Shown one piece after another: positions 1 to 13,262 of a stretch of 64,000 nucleotides of DNA (within the stretch, counting starts at the first letter, position 1; each line of letters opens with the position of its first letter). A model generated the notes under the pieces. It was not told the origin of the DNA. It was given only the letters and a program-made list of their open reading frames with translations, and did no database searches. Origin of the DNA: Octopus bimaculoides (lineage: Eukaryota); NCBI RefSeq assembly GCF_001194135.2, contig NC_068983.1, forward strand, positions 59,540,508 through 59,604,507, given 5' to 3'. The position numbers and the translations under genes were made by a program.

Positions 1-789
1 TCTAGTTTAATGTTTACTTATACTTACTGGAACCAGTGTCTGAAGCTTATTTCATTATGTATAACAACAATACTTCAGGTTTCTCTAGATAAAACATAGC
101 TGTGTTCTTCTACTCTAAAACTGCTTCAAGCAAATATTTACCAAGTTCATCTCCTAAAGCTACAAACGGTAAATATTTATGAAGGAATATTATTCAGATA
201 AATTTCACACTGTTTTATCTGTTTACTGAAGCCATATTTATACACTTATCTCAGTTTCTGTTTTTATTGTCTTAGATTTTTTTCTTTAGTCGTTTAGATT
301 TACTTTAAAGACAGCTCTTAGGAACAATTAATGTACTGAACACGCAAAAAAAAAATAAATAATAATAAATAAACCAAAAAATAAAACAACAAAAAGTTCT
401 CGTAATGCATGGAAACTACTGCAAGAACTATTTATTCTATTAGTCCTCATACTTGTTGCATAAATGAATAAAATTAGAGCCAGAATATCTATAAAACAAA
501 TAGATTTTTTTATTGTTTCTGTGTCTTATAAAAACCATGGATAAAATCACATCTGCATTATTTGATCAATAGGGTGTTACCTGTTATATGATGGGTGAAT
601 TTAGAGGTGTACTTTTGCCACCAATGGGTTATGCTAGGAAATATGGCATACAAACAATAACTATAATTCAACTTTTATCAAATTTCTTGGTGCTGGTACA
701 AAACGACAAAATGAATGTTGATTTTTAAAAGAAAAATACTTGTTACCTTAAAATAAAATTAGATAAAACAAATTTGTCACTAGGCCTAA

Positions 790-1090
790 CTCAACATAGA
801 GCAAATACTCTCATGAGTGATATCCAGCCTACATTGAAGGCATCAAGCCACTAGATTTGGTTAAAAGGAGATGGTAAGAAATGGCTAGAACTATATTGAG
901 TGAAGCCTAGTAACCACTTGATCTTGCATGGGAACCCTCGTCTCAGTAAGGTAGGGGCCAGTGTGCAGTAATACCGATGAGAGAAAATCCCTAAAACAGC
1001 ACAGATTCTCTCCTGATGACTCCATAAGTCTGCTAGTGTCCAGTATGTGGAGCTTCCAGCTGGCAGCACTTGTACCTTCAAGATTTTTGC
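790..1090 (+). mobile_element. Decayed LINE ORF2 C-terminal fragment (RTE-like)
   Basis: One + frame reads IEGIKPLDLVKRRW*EMARTILSEA**PLDLAWEPSSQ*GRGQ, resembling the RTE C-terminal pattern (RRW..GH...ALxWxP..KRGRGRP); many stops. Confidence 0.35.
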
Positions 1091-1811
1091 AAATAATTTA
1101 TGTTGATTTTCTACTCCATCAAAAACTTATCTCTGCATAATTTCAAGAAAAAAAAAACATGTATTTTTCAGAAAGTTATAACACTCATCCTGCACCTCTT
1201 ATGTCAACTATCTCTGAATCTCTCTTTTTTTTTCTCTCTCTCCCTCTCTTTACACAATGTAAAACACACCTAGAAAAATCAGCCAGCCAACATCTATCTA
1301 TATTGGCATTGTGTCAAAATTTGAAACCAATATTAAATAGAGCTAACTATCTTGGCTGTTGCTTATACTAATTCTTTTCTGTTCCTTGAGCCAACTGGTC
1401 AGTCATATCCACCTTGTTTGTCAATCATTATTCCTCAATCTTAGTTAAAGGCAATATGACAGAACATCTTGAGTGACTACATAAAAATGAACTCAGTGTC
1501 TGAAGTCAACAGTGTTAGTTATCGATTGTGTGTTATTCTAAAGAAATTTTATGCTAGAGTCTGATATTCATTTTCTTTTTTCTGACAATAATTAATTTAT
1601 GAGTGTCTTAATTACCTTGCAGTGTCTACATATGGATTAAAATGGTTTTTGATTTAGACACAAAGCTAGCAGTTTTCAGAAAAAGGACTTGGTCAGTACC
1701 ATGAATGCCACTTGATAGTATAGACATAATCCCTCCTCTGAAACTCAGAGGAATAAAAGATGTATCAATAAAGTATATTTATAGCAACACTAGGATTGAA
1801 TTTAAAATTAA

Positions 1812-2165
1812 CCCTTTTGATACCAACTGTCTGGTTCTATGATAAAACTTCCTGTTAGTAATATAAATGTAAACCTTCCATTAAAATTTCATGTTAACAT
1901 AGATCCATAGCACCAGCTTAATAGTGGTTTCAAAGTTTGGCACAAGGCCAGCGATTTCAAGGGAGGGGCCAAGTCAAATACGTCTACCCCAGTCCTCAAC
2001 TGGTACTTATTTTATCAAGCTTAAGAGGATGAAAGGTAAAGTCAACCTCAATGGCCATGCAAAGATGGATGAAACCAGCTTAATATTTTACTAAATTCTT
2101 CAATATTTTCAAAATAATTTGAAACAAAGACAGTGATTTTCAATGAAATTATGGTAACAAAAGGG
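1812..2165 (+). mobile_element. piggyBac-type MITE (TTAA|CCCTTT...AAAGGG|TTAA), interrupted by a SINE
   Basis: TTAA at 1808-1811 and 2166-2169; TIR ends CCCTTT 1812-1817 and AAAGGG 2160-2165; body matches copies at 18961-19604 and 27590-27804. Confidence 0.8.
1924..2073 (-). mobile_element. SINE family C, 5'-truncated, nested in the MITE
   Basis: 12-bp TSD ACCAGCTTAATA at 1912-1923 and 2074-2085; body matches 39075-39293. Confidence 0.75.
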
Positions 2166-2246
2166 TTAAAGCTATGTTAGACCAGTTGTTAGCATTTGGA
2201 ATTTTTGGTAATTATATATATGTCTATGTAATCATAGCATAGACAT

Positions 2247-2545
2247 GATAGTATGGTTAAGAAGTCCACTTCACAATTACATGATTTCTGGTTCAATCCC
2301 ACTACATGGCACCTTAGGCAAGTGTCTTCTACTATAGCCCTGCATCAACCAATGCCTTGTGAGTGAATACAGCTGACAGAAATCATCTGGAAACCTGTCA
2401 TATATATATGTGTGTGTGCGTATGTGTGAATGCATGCAAGCATATGTATGTATGTATGTATGTATGTTCATGTCTTTTTATTTCTTCTCCCACTGCTTAA
2501 GAACCAGTATTGGTTTGTCTAAGCTCCCTTAACTTAGCAGTTTGA
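2247..2545 (+). mobile_element. SINE family A (tRNA-derived head, internal microsatellite, partial tail)
   Basis: Head TGGTTAAGAAG...GGTTCAATCCCACT...CACCTTAGGCAAGTGTCTTCTACTATAGCC, then (TG/TATG)n, then the tail. Confidence 0.75.
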
Positions 2546-2574
2546 TACAATATATGTATATCAAAAAAATTATT

Positions 2575-2735
2575 TATGACAAGCTTCCACACAGTTTCCA
2601 TCAATAAAATTCACTCGTAAGGCATTGATCAGTTTGGGGCTATAGCAGAAGACACATGCTCAAGGTCCTGTGTTGTGGGACCGAACCTGAACCCACTTGG
2701 TTAAAAAGCAAACTTGTTAACCACACAGCAATGTC
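2575..2735 (-). mobile_element. SINE family A head, inverted relative to 2247-2400
   Basis: Reverse complement of the family A head (GCTATAGCAGAAGACAC...GGGACCGAACC...TTAACCACACAGC). Confidence 0.75.
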
Positions 2736-3572
2736 TAATATGAATAAAAGCTTACTCTAAAAAAATTTATATTTTCATTTAATGCTTTATTAAAATTAGA
2801 TTAACAGGGGTTGTCTGTAAGTTTGGGTTCCATTTTAAAGACATTGTGTAAGGGTTCTGCTACATAATGAATTTGGAAACACTGTTATGTGTATGCATAT
2901 GTGAATGTGTGTATGTGCATGTTCGTGTATGTAAAACAGAGAGAGAGAGAAAGAGAAAGCTCTTACTCCATAAGAATTGTCTTTATAAAAAAACCTTGTA
3001 AGTTTTGATATTGTATAAGCATTTTATCTTGCTTGCTTTATTTTTAAAACGAAAAGATAATTTATTTAAATGTGGAAATTAGGTTCCATAGCAACCAACA
3101 AAGAAAACTGTTATTTGTCTATTTTTTTTCGTGCAAGAATTACAAAAAAATGAAATAATTTAAGCAATGTGCTGATAAGCTTAAAAATAAATCTAAACAA
3201 ATTCACACATATTTCTTTTATCACGACTGTAATGTTTTCTACACTTCTGAACTTGCTCATCTTTGCTTCCTTCCTACCCCCACTCCCCTTTACTTAAGTT
3301 CATTTGCTGCACTCACATCACCTCTCATCATCCCCCATCACCACCACCACCAATACCACTCCATCTGACACTTTGCCTCGATCTTCTCCAGAGCAACATC
3401 CATTTGAAACTCTTTCCTTGCATGCACAAGTATTCCTTTCTAACTACTAACCTGTAATTCAAATTAAAATGTTATCTGCACCACCATCACCAGTCAACCT
3501 CAACCATCCATCCATCCCAATCTCCCAGACTATGGAGGGTCTGTAAACACTATGGCCACTGCACCCACCTGT

Positions 3573-3692
3573 CTCTCTCTCTCTCTCTCTCTTTCACTCT
3601 CTCTCTCTCTTTCTCTCTCTCACTCTCTCTCTTTCTCTCTCTCACACTCTCTCTCTCACACTCTCTCTCTCTCACACTCTCTCTCTCTCTCC
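3573..3692. repeat. (CT)n microsatellite with CA interruptions
   Basis: Read directly from sequence. Confidence 0.95.
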
Positions 3693-4338
3693 TCAGACAA
3701 ACAAATAAAATGAAGCACACACAATTCCTCTTATGTATTTCTGAAGACAGAAACAGCTTAAAAAGTATACAAGAAGCCATTACTATTAAATCAATAATGT
3801 TATTTGTTTATTTTATCTCACTTTTATTTAATTCACAATTTTTTTTAAGGTTTCTCAAAGTTTCCATTTGCTAATTGTATTTATAGATGAATCTTTTCTG
3901 AGATTTTAAATTTAAATTCTGTTTGGATTGATCGGCCACCAACTTGGGTAGATTCCAAACTAGGTCACTTACGTCAAGATTCCTTAAACTCTTCATACTG
4001 TCTGTTGACTAAGCTGCAATAGTGCTGCTATTAACATTGTCTCGAGAAAGTTTTTGAATTATACAAAGAATCTAAGCTTTTAAATATTTCTTTGTGTGCA
4101 TTGGTTTTTTTGTTTTTTTTGTTTTTGGATTTCATTTTACTACAGTTTATTTATCTCATGAAATAGGATTTATGAATATGACAAAATAAAATCAACACAG
4201 AAAAATTACATGATTGTGAATATCATTTAATAAAATATGAAAAAAGAAAACTAAAGAATCATGCTTTTAGAATTTTCGTGAAATGTTTTTTGTATTAATG
4301 GTATTCATTTTCCTGTTATCCATGCTCATTTACTGAAG

Positions 4339-4419
4339 ATGCATTCAGTTCAGATGATCTTGAAGAATCTGCCTTGGGGAACCACTTTGCAACTCATGAG
4401 AAATTGACCATTCCTTCTG
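4339..4419 (+). CDS. Candidate internal coding exon, unknown product (D)AFSSDDLEESALGNHFATHEKLTIPS(G)
   Basis: Open frame; donor CTG|GTAAGC at 4420; possible acceptors before 4339 or 4354, both giving a symmetric phase 1-1 exon; no homology recognised. Confidence 0.3.
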
Positions 4420-4529
4420 GTAAGCAAGGGATGAAAGATGGAAAATAGGAATTTAGAAAGTAAAGGTGAGAGCAAAACAGAAGTGCAAAGTAATTTATAG
4501 TGTGGATATACTTTGGATATGCATATAGA

Positions 4530-4960
4530 TGCAAGGCTGTGTGGTCGAGAAGATTACTTCCCAACCACATGGTTTCAGGTTCAGTCCCACTGCATGGCAC
4601 CTCAAGCAAGGTTCTAACCCCAGGTTGATCAAAGCCTTGCAAGTGGATTTGGTAGGCAGAAACTGAAAGGCAGCGAGCTGGCAGAAACATTAACATGCCA
4701 GGTGAAATGCTTAGCTGTATTTCGTCTGCCGTTACATTCTGAGTTCAAATTCCACCGAGGTCGACTTTGCCTTTCATCATTTCGGGGTCGATAAATTAAG
4801 TACCAGTTATGCACTGGGGTCGATGTAATCAACTTAATCCCTTTGTCTGTCCTTATTTGTCCCCTCTATGTTTAAGCCCCTTGTGGGCAATAAAGAAATA
4901 AGAAATAAGAAACTAAAAGAAGCTCACTATTTGCATGTGAGCACATGTGTGTGTGTATGA
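4530..4960 (+). mobile_element. SINE family A head containing a nested young family C SINE (4670-4907)
   Basis: TSD AGAAACTGAAAG 4658-4669 / AGAAACTAAAAG 4908-4919; insert keeps its CpGs and the motif GACTTTGCCTTTCATCATTTCGGGGTCGATAAATTAAGTACCAG, which resembles the MetaSINE central domain (from memory). Confidence 0.85.
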
Positions 4961-4984
4961 GTGTGTGTAACAGGAAAACATGGC

Positions 4985-5250
4985 TTAGTAATTAGGGTAT
5001 AGGGTATTTGGTACCTGGTTGCACATTGTGTCCTCAAAAAAGACACCTTCATGTTGCTCCAGTTCACTCAGCTGGCAAAAATGAGTAGCACTGTCAAACT
5101 CTGTGTCATGCTGAATCTCCTTGAGAACTGCGTTAAGGTTATGTGTGTCAGAAGAGTGCACAGTCATTTGTACATTCATTTCAAAAGCAAGCTCTTCTCT
5201 TGACCAGATCAATTGGAACACTCGTCATCATAACCAACAGAGTGCCACTT
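4985..5250 (+). mobile_element. SINE family B (tRNA head, CORE-like block, OR-type tail), degraded
   Basis: TTGCTCCAGTTCACTCAGCTGGCAAAAATGAGTAGCAC...CTGAATCTCC shared with 17445-17765 and 37995-38385. Confidence 0.7.
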
Positions 5251-6006
5251 GTGTATGTACTTTCACATCTTAATATCACATGATAGATGTAAATGAGCAT
5301 TACTGTCATACATGTGGGATCATTATCAATTTCTGATATTTTATAAAAGCAATATCTGGTTATGGGAAAATATTACCTTGCTTGGAAACATTTTAGATTT
5401 GGTGACAGAAAGGGCATCCAGCTGTAGAGAATCTTCCTCAATAAACTCTGTTCAAACCAGGCATGAATAAAAATATGAACATTAAAACAATGTTGTTGAT
5501 GATGATGATGAGTGTTCAAATATAACTATATAATGTGGTCAATATATAATGTTTTTTTACGTATAATTGGGTAATCTATGATTAACAATGATCACACCAA
5601 AGCCTAAGCATATAAAAATATGTACAGCAGCTGGAAAAACTAGCTTCAAGCGAGATTGTCTATTTTTATAGGTATTGCATTGATAACATACTTTCAATCA
5701 AGGACTTGATTTAAGACTTCTTACCAGGATTTACCAGACGATTTATAAATAGGTGTGTATTTAATTCACCGAACATTGACATTGAAATGAGACTGTTAGC
5801 AATGGTTCTGGTACATCGTGAGTTTCTTGTAATTCAGTGTCAAGGTTTAAATTAAGCAGTTTAGCTGGATTTTGATATTTGTTAATTTACAAAATGAAAA
5901 GTTGACCTTTGAAAAAAAAAATATCAGCACACAGGTAATTAGAAGGATATAAATTGTGTTAGCTATACAGCTGATACAGATGAAATTGTTCATAACCATA
6001 AGATTA

Positions 6007-6012
6007 TGTCAA

Positions 6013-6047
<35 letters not shown>

Positions 6048-6125
6048 CTGCTGCTCACTGCTGTTGTTGTAAACATCATCATATATATGTTACTGTGTAT
6101 GTTTTTGTATATAAATATGTATATG

Positions 6126-6158
<33 letters not shown>

Positions 6159-6180
6159 GCGCACACACACACACACACAG
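6007..6180. repeat. (CAT)n, (CTG) and (CA)n microsatellite cluster
   Basis: Read directly from sequence. Confidence 0.95.
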
Positions 6181-6255
6181 AGTCTATCTACATATGTATA
6201 CATATCAATCTATCTATTTCTTTCTCTCTCTCTCTGTGCATGTGTGTGTGTACCT

Positions 6256-6475
6256 CATTATCATCGTTTTATTGTCTACTTTTCCATGTTCGCATGGATC
6301 ATACAGAATTTGTTGAGGCACCAATCCACATCTGCTTTTAATCAAGCTATTATTTCCCCTTTGCTAGACATGTTTTCAAAGAAGATTGGCAATGAACAAC
6401 ACCATTTCTTTGACAGTGATACTCACTTACAACTATCATGTGGTATCAAGACAAGGAGACACACAAATACATGCA

Positions 6476-6506
<31 letters not shown>

Positions 6507-6660
6507 CCAATGACTTCTTTCAGCTTCTATCAACCAAATCCACTCGCAAGGTTTTAGTTGGCCCAGTGATATAATAGAAAAAGTTATCTCAAGATACCAT
6601 ATGATGGGACTGAACCTGAAACTATGTGCATGGGAATCAAACTTCTCAGCCACACCACTT
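6256..6660 (-). mobile_element. SINE family A with RTE-like (GAT)n tail (tail B)
   Basis: Minus-strand head 6505-6660, internal (CA)n, tail ending ...GACAATAAAACGATGATAATG. Confidence 0.75.
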
Positions 6661-7289
6661 TGCTCACACCTAAGTGTTTCAAGCTTGCCAGGTACATTGC
6701 ACAAAAGATATAATATCAATTTAAGTAAAAGAATAAAAGTTTGCATTTAAATAAACACAGCCACTAGTCATGCTTTGCATTATTTGTTTCCTTGTAAATT
6801 CATCTGAATGTGAAAACTTTCAAAATAAGTAACACATTTTAAATTTATAAGATTAAAACCTACCACTTATTAGTGCCATCATACATCAATTTATTTACAA
6901 ACATACTAAAAAAAAAAAAAAGAAAGATAATGCAGGCTGATTGCTACAAATAATATGGGTTTTATTTATTGTTTTGAGCATCCAGTAGGAAAGTACTATA
7001 AGTTTTAACCAACCAGTTTTGGATTTGGTTTAAGAATAACATAATGTAATGTATGTTTTGCCTAGAGAAGATATTATTTAAGTGATATTAAATGAAGATA
7101 GGATTATCGAACTATTAGCTTCAATGTGGAAACTCAAGACACTATCCCGAGATTACAGTCAGTCCTCAATAAAGTTGTCTATTTTATTATAAGCTCTTTC
7201 ATTCTGGAACTGATAGCATAAGTATTTTTCTCAATACTAGATTCTTACAGCAGTAACATTGTAGCTTCCTTTACTACTAGTTCACAGTA

Positions 7290-7290
<1 letters not shown>

Positions 7291-7347
<57 letters not shown>
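7291..7347. repeat. (AAT)n microsatellite
   Basis: Read directly from sequence. Confidence 0.95.
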
Positions 7348-7350
<3 letters not shown>

Positions 7351-8261
7351 GAACTAAGTTTAAATACCAGGTCGTGTTGCTTTTTTCTTTTCGGTCTTAA
7401 TGTTGTTGTGTGTATATTTTCTTATAAAATTCAATGTTTGATTTTTGTTTAGGCTAGAAATATGGCTTTGAAAGGAAGTCAGATTTTTGATTTGTTTCTT
7501 GTAGCACTAGACTACATAGAGATATCTGCAAATATGTTGTCATTCTTACACAGAAACAAAAAGGCAGTTGTCTGGGTTGTCAATAGGAGAGACAGAGAGA
7601 ATGAGAGAGAGAGGGAAAGAAACTAACCTAAAGTAAGATGAAGTCTACAGAATCACGTAAAAGAATAATTGAAAAGTTATCTTTTTTCTTTTTTTCTGTC
7701 AACCATTTTATGTACATATAACTGATTAATACATATGTATAGATGAGTTGCATTGCTCAGATTTTATACAAAAGAAACCAATCTATTTGTGCAAAATGAA
7801 AAAAATTCGTATAATAGTCAGATGTTATGTGTATCTCCCCTCTACACAACTTGTTTTAAAAACATTACACGGCAAATAGAAAAGAAAATAAAGAAGGAAA
7901 AGAGAGAAAAACTATCTTTTTATTTTCAGATATTCATTTATATTTATTTGCAGGCGCTGTTCAGTTCTTCACTTAAGCAAAATTGAAGTTACTGTATGAA
8001 TATCTTGCCTGAAGGCATTACAAACTCAAAACATGCTATATGCCTTTTTGTAATGCCTAAGATATTAAACTGTAGCTACCATGCTGGAAAATGGCACTTA
8101 TATTTTGGCATTAAAAGCATTTAGTACCAAACTTGACCTATCATCTCCCCAAAGCCAATTTTTTTTCTTTCCTCATCCTGCTAGGAACAAAGCAGATAAA
8201 ATATTAATTCCAAAGAATGACTTTACTTTTTGCTTTCTTTTTGCTTTTCACCATCATTGTC

Positions 8262-8430
8262 ACCGTTTAATGTCCACCTTCCATGCTGGCTTAGATTGGT
8301 TGATTTGATAAGATTCAATGAGTCAGAAGACTGCATTTAACTCCCATGTCCGCTTTTACATGGTTTGGCTGGATGCCCTTCCTAATACTAACTATTTTAC
8401 AAAGTAAACTGGATGCTTTTTTATTTCATG
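8262..8430 (-). mobile_element. RTE LINE 3' end fragment
   Basis: Reverse complement matches the terminal AGGAAGGGCATCCAGCC...CCAGCATGGAAGGTGGACATTAAAC motif of 14830-14960. Confidence 0.65.
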
Positions 8431-8469
8431 GCACAACTTATAAAATTGGGAAGCTTTACATACTTGCTT

Positions 8470-8800
8470 GCTATGGAATGGTATAAAGCTGAAACCTGGA
8501 CAAAGCTCAAAATAGACAAGTTACATAAAACAGCTGTGACAAATTATGAATATTACTCTCTTTGACAAGATTAGGAAGGGAAAAATCCTATGGCATGCTA
8601 GTCTGCCTCCTATGATGGAAATCCTCATTAATTTACATTGGTTGGGACACATACACAGGATGTACAACAGCAGAGTCCACAAACAACTCTATTACTGCTA
8701 ACTATGCAAGGGAAAAAGAAACCATAGAAGACCTACACTGAGATTTAAAGACACTGCAAAAAGGAATATGGAAGAGTGGAAAGTAATTGATCATAATAAA
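8470..8800 (+). mobile_element. RTE-clade LINE ORF2 C-terminal remnant
   Basis: From 8633: LHWLGHIHRMYNSRVHKQLYYC*LCKGKRNHRRPTLRFKDTAKRNM, matching the RTE motif LRWLGHVxRM...KQLLYGEL..GKR..GRPxLRFKD. Confidence 0.8.
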
Positions 8801-9259
8801 TGGTAAACCCAAGCAAAGAACTAACCATTACAGAGAAAGCTTATCAAGTCGTGCCAAAACTATGAACAGTCATAGTCACAATGACTGACTGCAGATAAAT
8901 GTAGTTGCTTGCTATACTAGAAATAGCAGTCAATCTCTCAAATCATGCTACACCATCTTAAAATGGAAGTGACATACATTAGATAATGTAGTTCAAGTAC
9001 CTCTACCAAAAGTGATGAGTGGTGGACATAGACAAAATGTCTTTAGTTAAAGTTCACCTGGAGCTAAAAAAAAAACCAACTGTCCTTATCTGGCATATTT
9101 TACTTCACTCTTGATTTTCCATTATTGGATGGACTGAGTTTATTCTGAGAGAGATAATTAAATCATACCATAGAAACAGTAAAACAGCTGTATTAATGAT
9201 ACGAGGAAAGAAAATGGGGACCAAAACGTCTATAGAAAAACATTTTTTATAAGTCAGAG

Positions 9260-9463
9260 CTGTGGTTCTCAACTGGGGTCCATATAAGATTTATATTTCT
9301 ACAATACTCAAATTATTTTAACAATCTTTTGTACAATTACTAATAATACTTAATTGTAAAGATAAAATAGGATTTTTTTTAAAACATTGAATGTCTATGA
9401 GGGTCCAGTATAGTAAAATAAGAACCGAAGGAGTCCATAGGCAAAATAAGTTGGTAACCACTG
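9260..9463. mobile_element. hAT-type MITE (CAGTGGTT-type TIRs)
   Basis: CTGTGGTTCTCAAC 9260-9273 pairs imperfectly with GTTGGTAACCACTG 9450-9463; no clean 8-bp TSD. Confidence 0.5.
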
Positions 9464-9709
9464 ATTTTGAGGAAATAGTAGTGCCTAAGACATTTGTTTT
9501 GGGCCTCCAAGATTGGACAGGGGAAGTTATTCTTAATTTGGAAACTTGGCATGAGGGATACTTGAAATAGTGGACTCTGCTGAAGATAGTCTAGATCCAC
9601 TTGGCAGTGCTAAGTTAGGTAATGAAAATGTTTACTATTTAAAACTAGGAATGGTTTTGCTTGATATAGTCTTTTCCTACAAAACTTCACTCATTAAAAT
9701 TTCATTGAC

Positions 9710-9877
9710 CCGAGAGGTGCAGATATGGCCATGTAGTAAGAAGCTTGTTTCCCAATCACATGGTTCTGGGTTCAGTCTCATTGTGTGGCACCTTGGGCAG
9801 GTATCTCCTACAATAGCCTTGAGTCAATCAAAGCTATGTAAATGGATCTGTTAAACAGAAACTGAAAGAAGCCTGTC

Positions 9878-9947
<70 letters not shown>

Positions 9948-10160
9948 CTGATTATCCCAACCCTACTGCTTGACAATTGATACTGGTTTTCTTATGTCTC
10001 TCTAGCTTAGTGGTCCAACAAAAGATATCAATAGAGAAAGTACCAGGCTTAAAAATGACACTTATCCAAGGCACTGTACAGTGGGATTAAACCAAAAGTT
10101 GCATGGCTGCAAAACAAACTTCTTAACCACATACCACACACCCAAGACTGTGCCCATACA
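9710..10160 (+). mobile_element. SINE family A with a long internal (TG)n (9879-9946), followed by an inverted partial head (10066-10160)
   Basis: Head, GAAACTGAAAGAAGCC, (TG)n, tail CTTGACAATTGATACTGG...AAGTACCAGGCTT. Confidence 0.8.
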
Positions 10161-10184
10161 TACATACATATCATCATTACTAAC

Positions 10185-10219
<35 letters not shown>

Positions 10220-11674
10220 GTATGAAACTAGGTATTGGTATTTTTCGGTCGATAATTGATGAAGTATTAGGGTTCTGGTGTCTGTCCTACGTGTACGTTT
10301 CGTTGTATTTAATGCATTTTTCATTTATGGAATAATTGAATGCCACACATCCCAACTTTTGTTAATAAGTCTATGTGTGTGTGTGTGTGTGTGAAAAGAT
10401 ATTTGCATAGGGCATATTCATGCAAATAGATATGAAAACGTTAATTTAAAAATATGCAACTTTTAGTTTTCATAACAAAAGAACTTCCTTCTTGTGTAGT
10501 TAAATATATGTGTTTGGCAGACAGACATATAATTATCCAAGCTAAAATAGCTTGCTATTTGCTTAAATGAATAAATTGCTCCGGGGGTTATCTTCTGTTT
10601 GTTGAGCCACAGTGGCTAAGTTGTCATGACTACCACCATCACTTTCTGGTTTATTTGTTCTGTTGGATTTTGTTTATGTTTTTTAGAGAAAAATTAGTAG
10701 GGATTTTTGCAGGGCCTCTGAGAGGGTGGTAGAAAACAGATGGAAGAAACCAAAGAATACATGAGTTTATTTTGCAGTAGGAAGTCGTACATTAAGTTAT
10801 CAAACTATACGCAGCTTGGAGAGCAGGTAAACACCTAAGTGCCCAAAAGTAGTATTAAACCTAGTTGACAGATTTAACTTTTTGTACAAGAAAGGGTACA
10901 GTAAATCCGATAGGCTTCCTTTTGTACAGTTTATTGAACCAATTTCACTCTCAAGTCGTGGTGTACTTCAAGGATGTGGTAGAAATTTTGTTCTAAAGGG
11001 CAGTGGGATTAAACCCTGGCTTGGATTCAGAACCATGTGACCACAAAACAAAATGCTTAGCCACACAGCCATACCATGGACAGGCATGGCCCTCATCATT
11101 CTTTAAAATCTTCATCTGATGTTCTGCATTTTTCATTTCGTTGAGGTTTATAACTGGATGACACCTCTCTCTCTTATCAATAACAAACATAGTTGACTGG
11201 CTATCTATCTGTTCTGATTGATAAAGACAGATGATCCCTTTCTGCAATGACATCAGGGTAAATGAAATTGAATAATTAATAAGGAAAAACTTGGCATCTT
11301 TGTGTCAGCAGGAGAGTGATATTTTGATATTTCTTTCTTTGTTTCTTTCTTTTCTATTGGCCTCTCTCAAAGGAATTAGTGTCATGCTTGAAGGGAAACG
11401 GCCTCAATCAGGAAATAAAATCTTGGCTAATCAAGAGAATAACAAGAAAGAAAAATTACAAAAGCTGACAATGGATCAATATTCAAGGATTATCAGGAGT
11501 GGTTTTAGCAGCCTATTTTCTATCTCTGTCCACTCCATGTATTTGAGTGACATCATAGTTGTAGCAGAAGTAGTCTCAGACTTCATTAATTAAGAATTAC
11601 TCAGTATAATTCTATTCAACTACAGTCATCTCCTACATTTAGTTAATATTTATCTTTTATCTGTCTCATCATTA

Positions 11675-11870
11675 TCATCACCATCATTATCATTTAACAT
11701 CTGGTTTCCATGTTGGCACGGATTGGACTGTTTGACAGGGTCTGTCAAGTCAGAAGACTATGTCATAAATCAATGTCTTCTTTGGCATGGCTTTTCTGGT
11801 TGGATGCCCTTTCTAACACCAATCACTTTCCAAAGTGTACAGAGTGCATTGTTTCATGGCACCAGTGCTA
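11675..11870 (-). mobile_element. RTE LINE 3' end fragment
   Basis: (CAT)n tail then reverse complement of the RTE 3' terminus. Confidence 0.65.
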
Positions 11871-11989
11871 GTGATGATCACTTTATAACTTGCAAGGCTA
11901 AGGCTTCTATAACTGAAGGACAACAGAAGAAAGAGTGGAAGATAACCCTAGGTGGAGAGAAGAGGGAATGGTAAGAGAGGATAGGGCAT

Positions 11990-12445
11990 ATTTTTTATCT
12001 TTTATCTTTTATTATTTCAGCCATTAGACTGCGGCCATGCTAGGGTATCACCTTCAAGAATTGACCCCAGTAATTTTTTCTTTTGTAAAGCCTAGTATTT
12101 ATTATATCCATGTCTTTTGCCAAACTGCTAAGTTACAGGGCTGTAAACACACCAAGCTCTATTGTCAAGTGGTTGTGGTGTGGTAGACAAACACACATAC
12201 ATACACACATACATACATATATATATGTGTGTGTATGTATACATATATGTGTGTGTATACACACACACACACACACATATATATATGATAGGCTTCTTTC
12301 AGTTTCTTTCTACTAAATCCACTCACAAGGCTTTGGTCTGCTCGAGGCTATAATAGAAGACCTTGCCCAAGTTGCTACACAGTGGGACTGAACCTGGATC
12401 CATGTCATGGCAAAACAAACTTCTTACCCCACAGCCATGCCTATA
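11990..12445 (-). mobile_element. SINE family A, near full length (tail A)
   Basis: TTTCAGCCATTAGACTGCGGCCATGC...internal CA/TA/TG tract...CTTCTTTCAGTTTC...CCACAGCCATGCC. Confidence 0.85.
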
Positions 12446-12482
12446 TTAGCTTCGTGTGTGTGTGTGTGTGTGTGTGTGCGTG

Positions 12483-12526
<44 letters not shown>

Positions 12527-13147
12527 AATATATATACTGTCCCTTCTCCCCTTCATAACTTCATCCCTATAAAACAGTATTCCTTACCTGTTTTCTAACC
12601 CTTTGTTCATTTCTCCTTCCTTCTCTCTCTCTTGGTGTATTTACTTATCGATCTATCTATTCATATACATATATATATATAAATATATGTGGGTGAGGTG
12701 TATGTATATATACATTCACATATGTGTATACATGTATGCCTGTGTGTGTAAGTTTTTATTTCCACTGGTTTTCTGCATTAGCATTGTTTGTGCAACATTT
12801 CCCATGTACAATATATCTTTAAGCTCAGTAGTTACATGTGAAAACCAATAGAAATAAAAATCTTTTCTTGCAAAATAGGTAAATATTGGGAACAGGAAGG
12901 GCATCCAGTTGTAGAATGCAGCCTTGGTATTTCTCATCCAGCCCACACCAATATGAAAAAATCAGATATTAAAACAACAGTGTTGGTAGTGGTAGTGGTA
13001 AAATTATAATACCATGTTAATGTTTAGCATTATATATTGCCATAGCTGATGTTGCAATTGTGCTCCACATAATATGAGAGGACAAATGGTAGAGTTGATT
13101 AGATGTAGCAGTTTGTTTGTTGTTTCAGCTAAAGAAACTTCACTCAC

Positions 13148-13262
13148 GGTTAATGGTTTTGAGTCCATGTAAAGTAAAGTGATATAATTTGCCATTATTA
13201 GCTGTGGTTACCCAGTTAAGAATGACAGATTCTTTTGTTTGCAGTGTTTCATTCAGTTTCTC
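13148..13262 (-). CDS. Candidate exon EKLNETLQTKESVILNWVTTANNGKLYHFTLHGLKTIN(R), unknown product
   Basis: Acceptor TTTGCTGCAG, donor ACC|GTGAGT, 115 nt, phase 0 to 1; weak FN3-like spacing (SVILNW..NG) not verifiable by eye. Confidence 0.25.

Noticed and set aside
3880-4070. Exon ending at minus-strand donor GTAAGT (3972-3967)
   Set aside because: All frames are interrupted by stops; possibly an old LINE remnant but not assignable.
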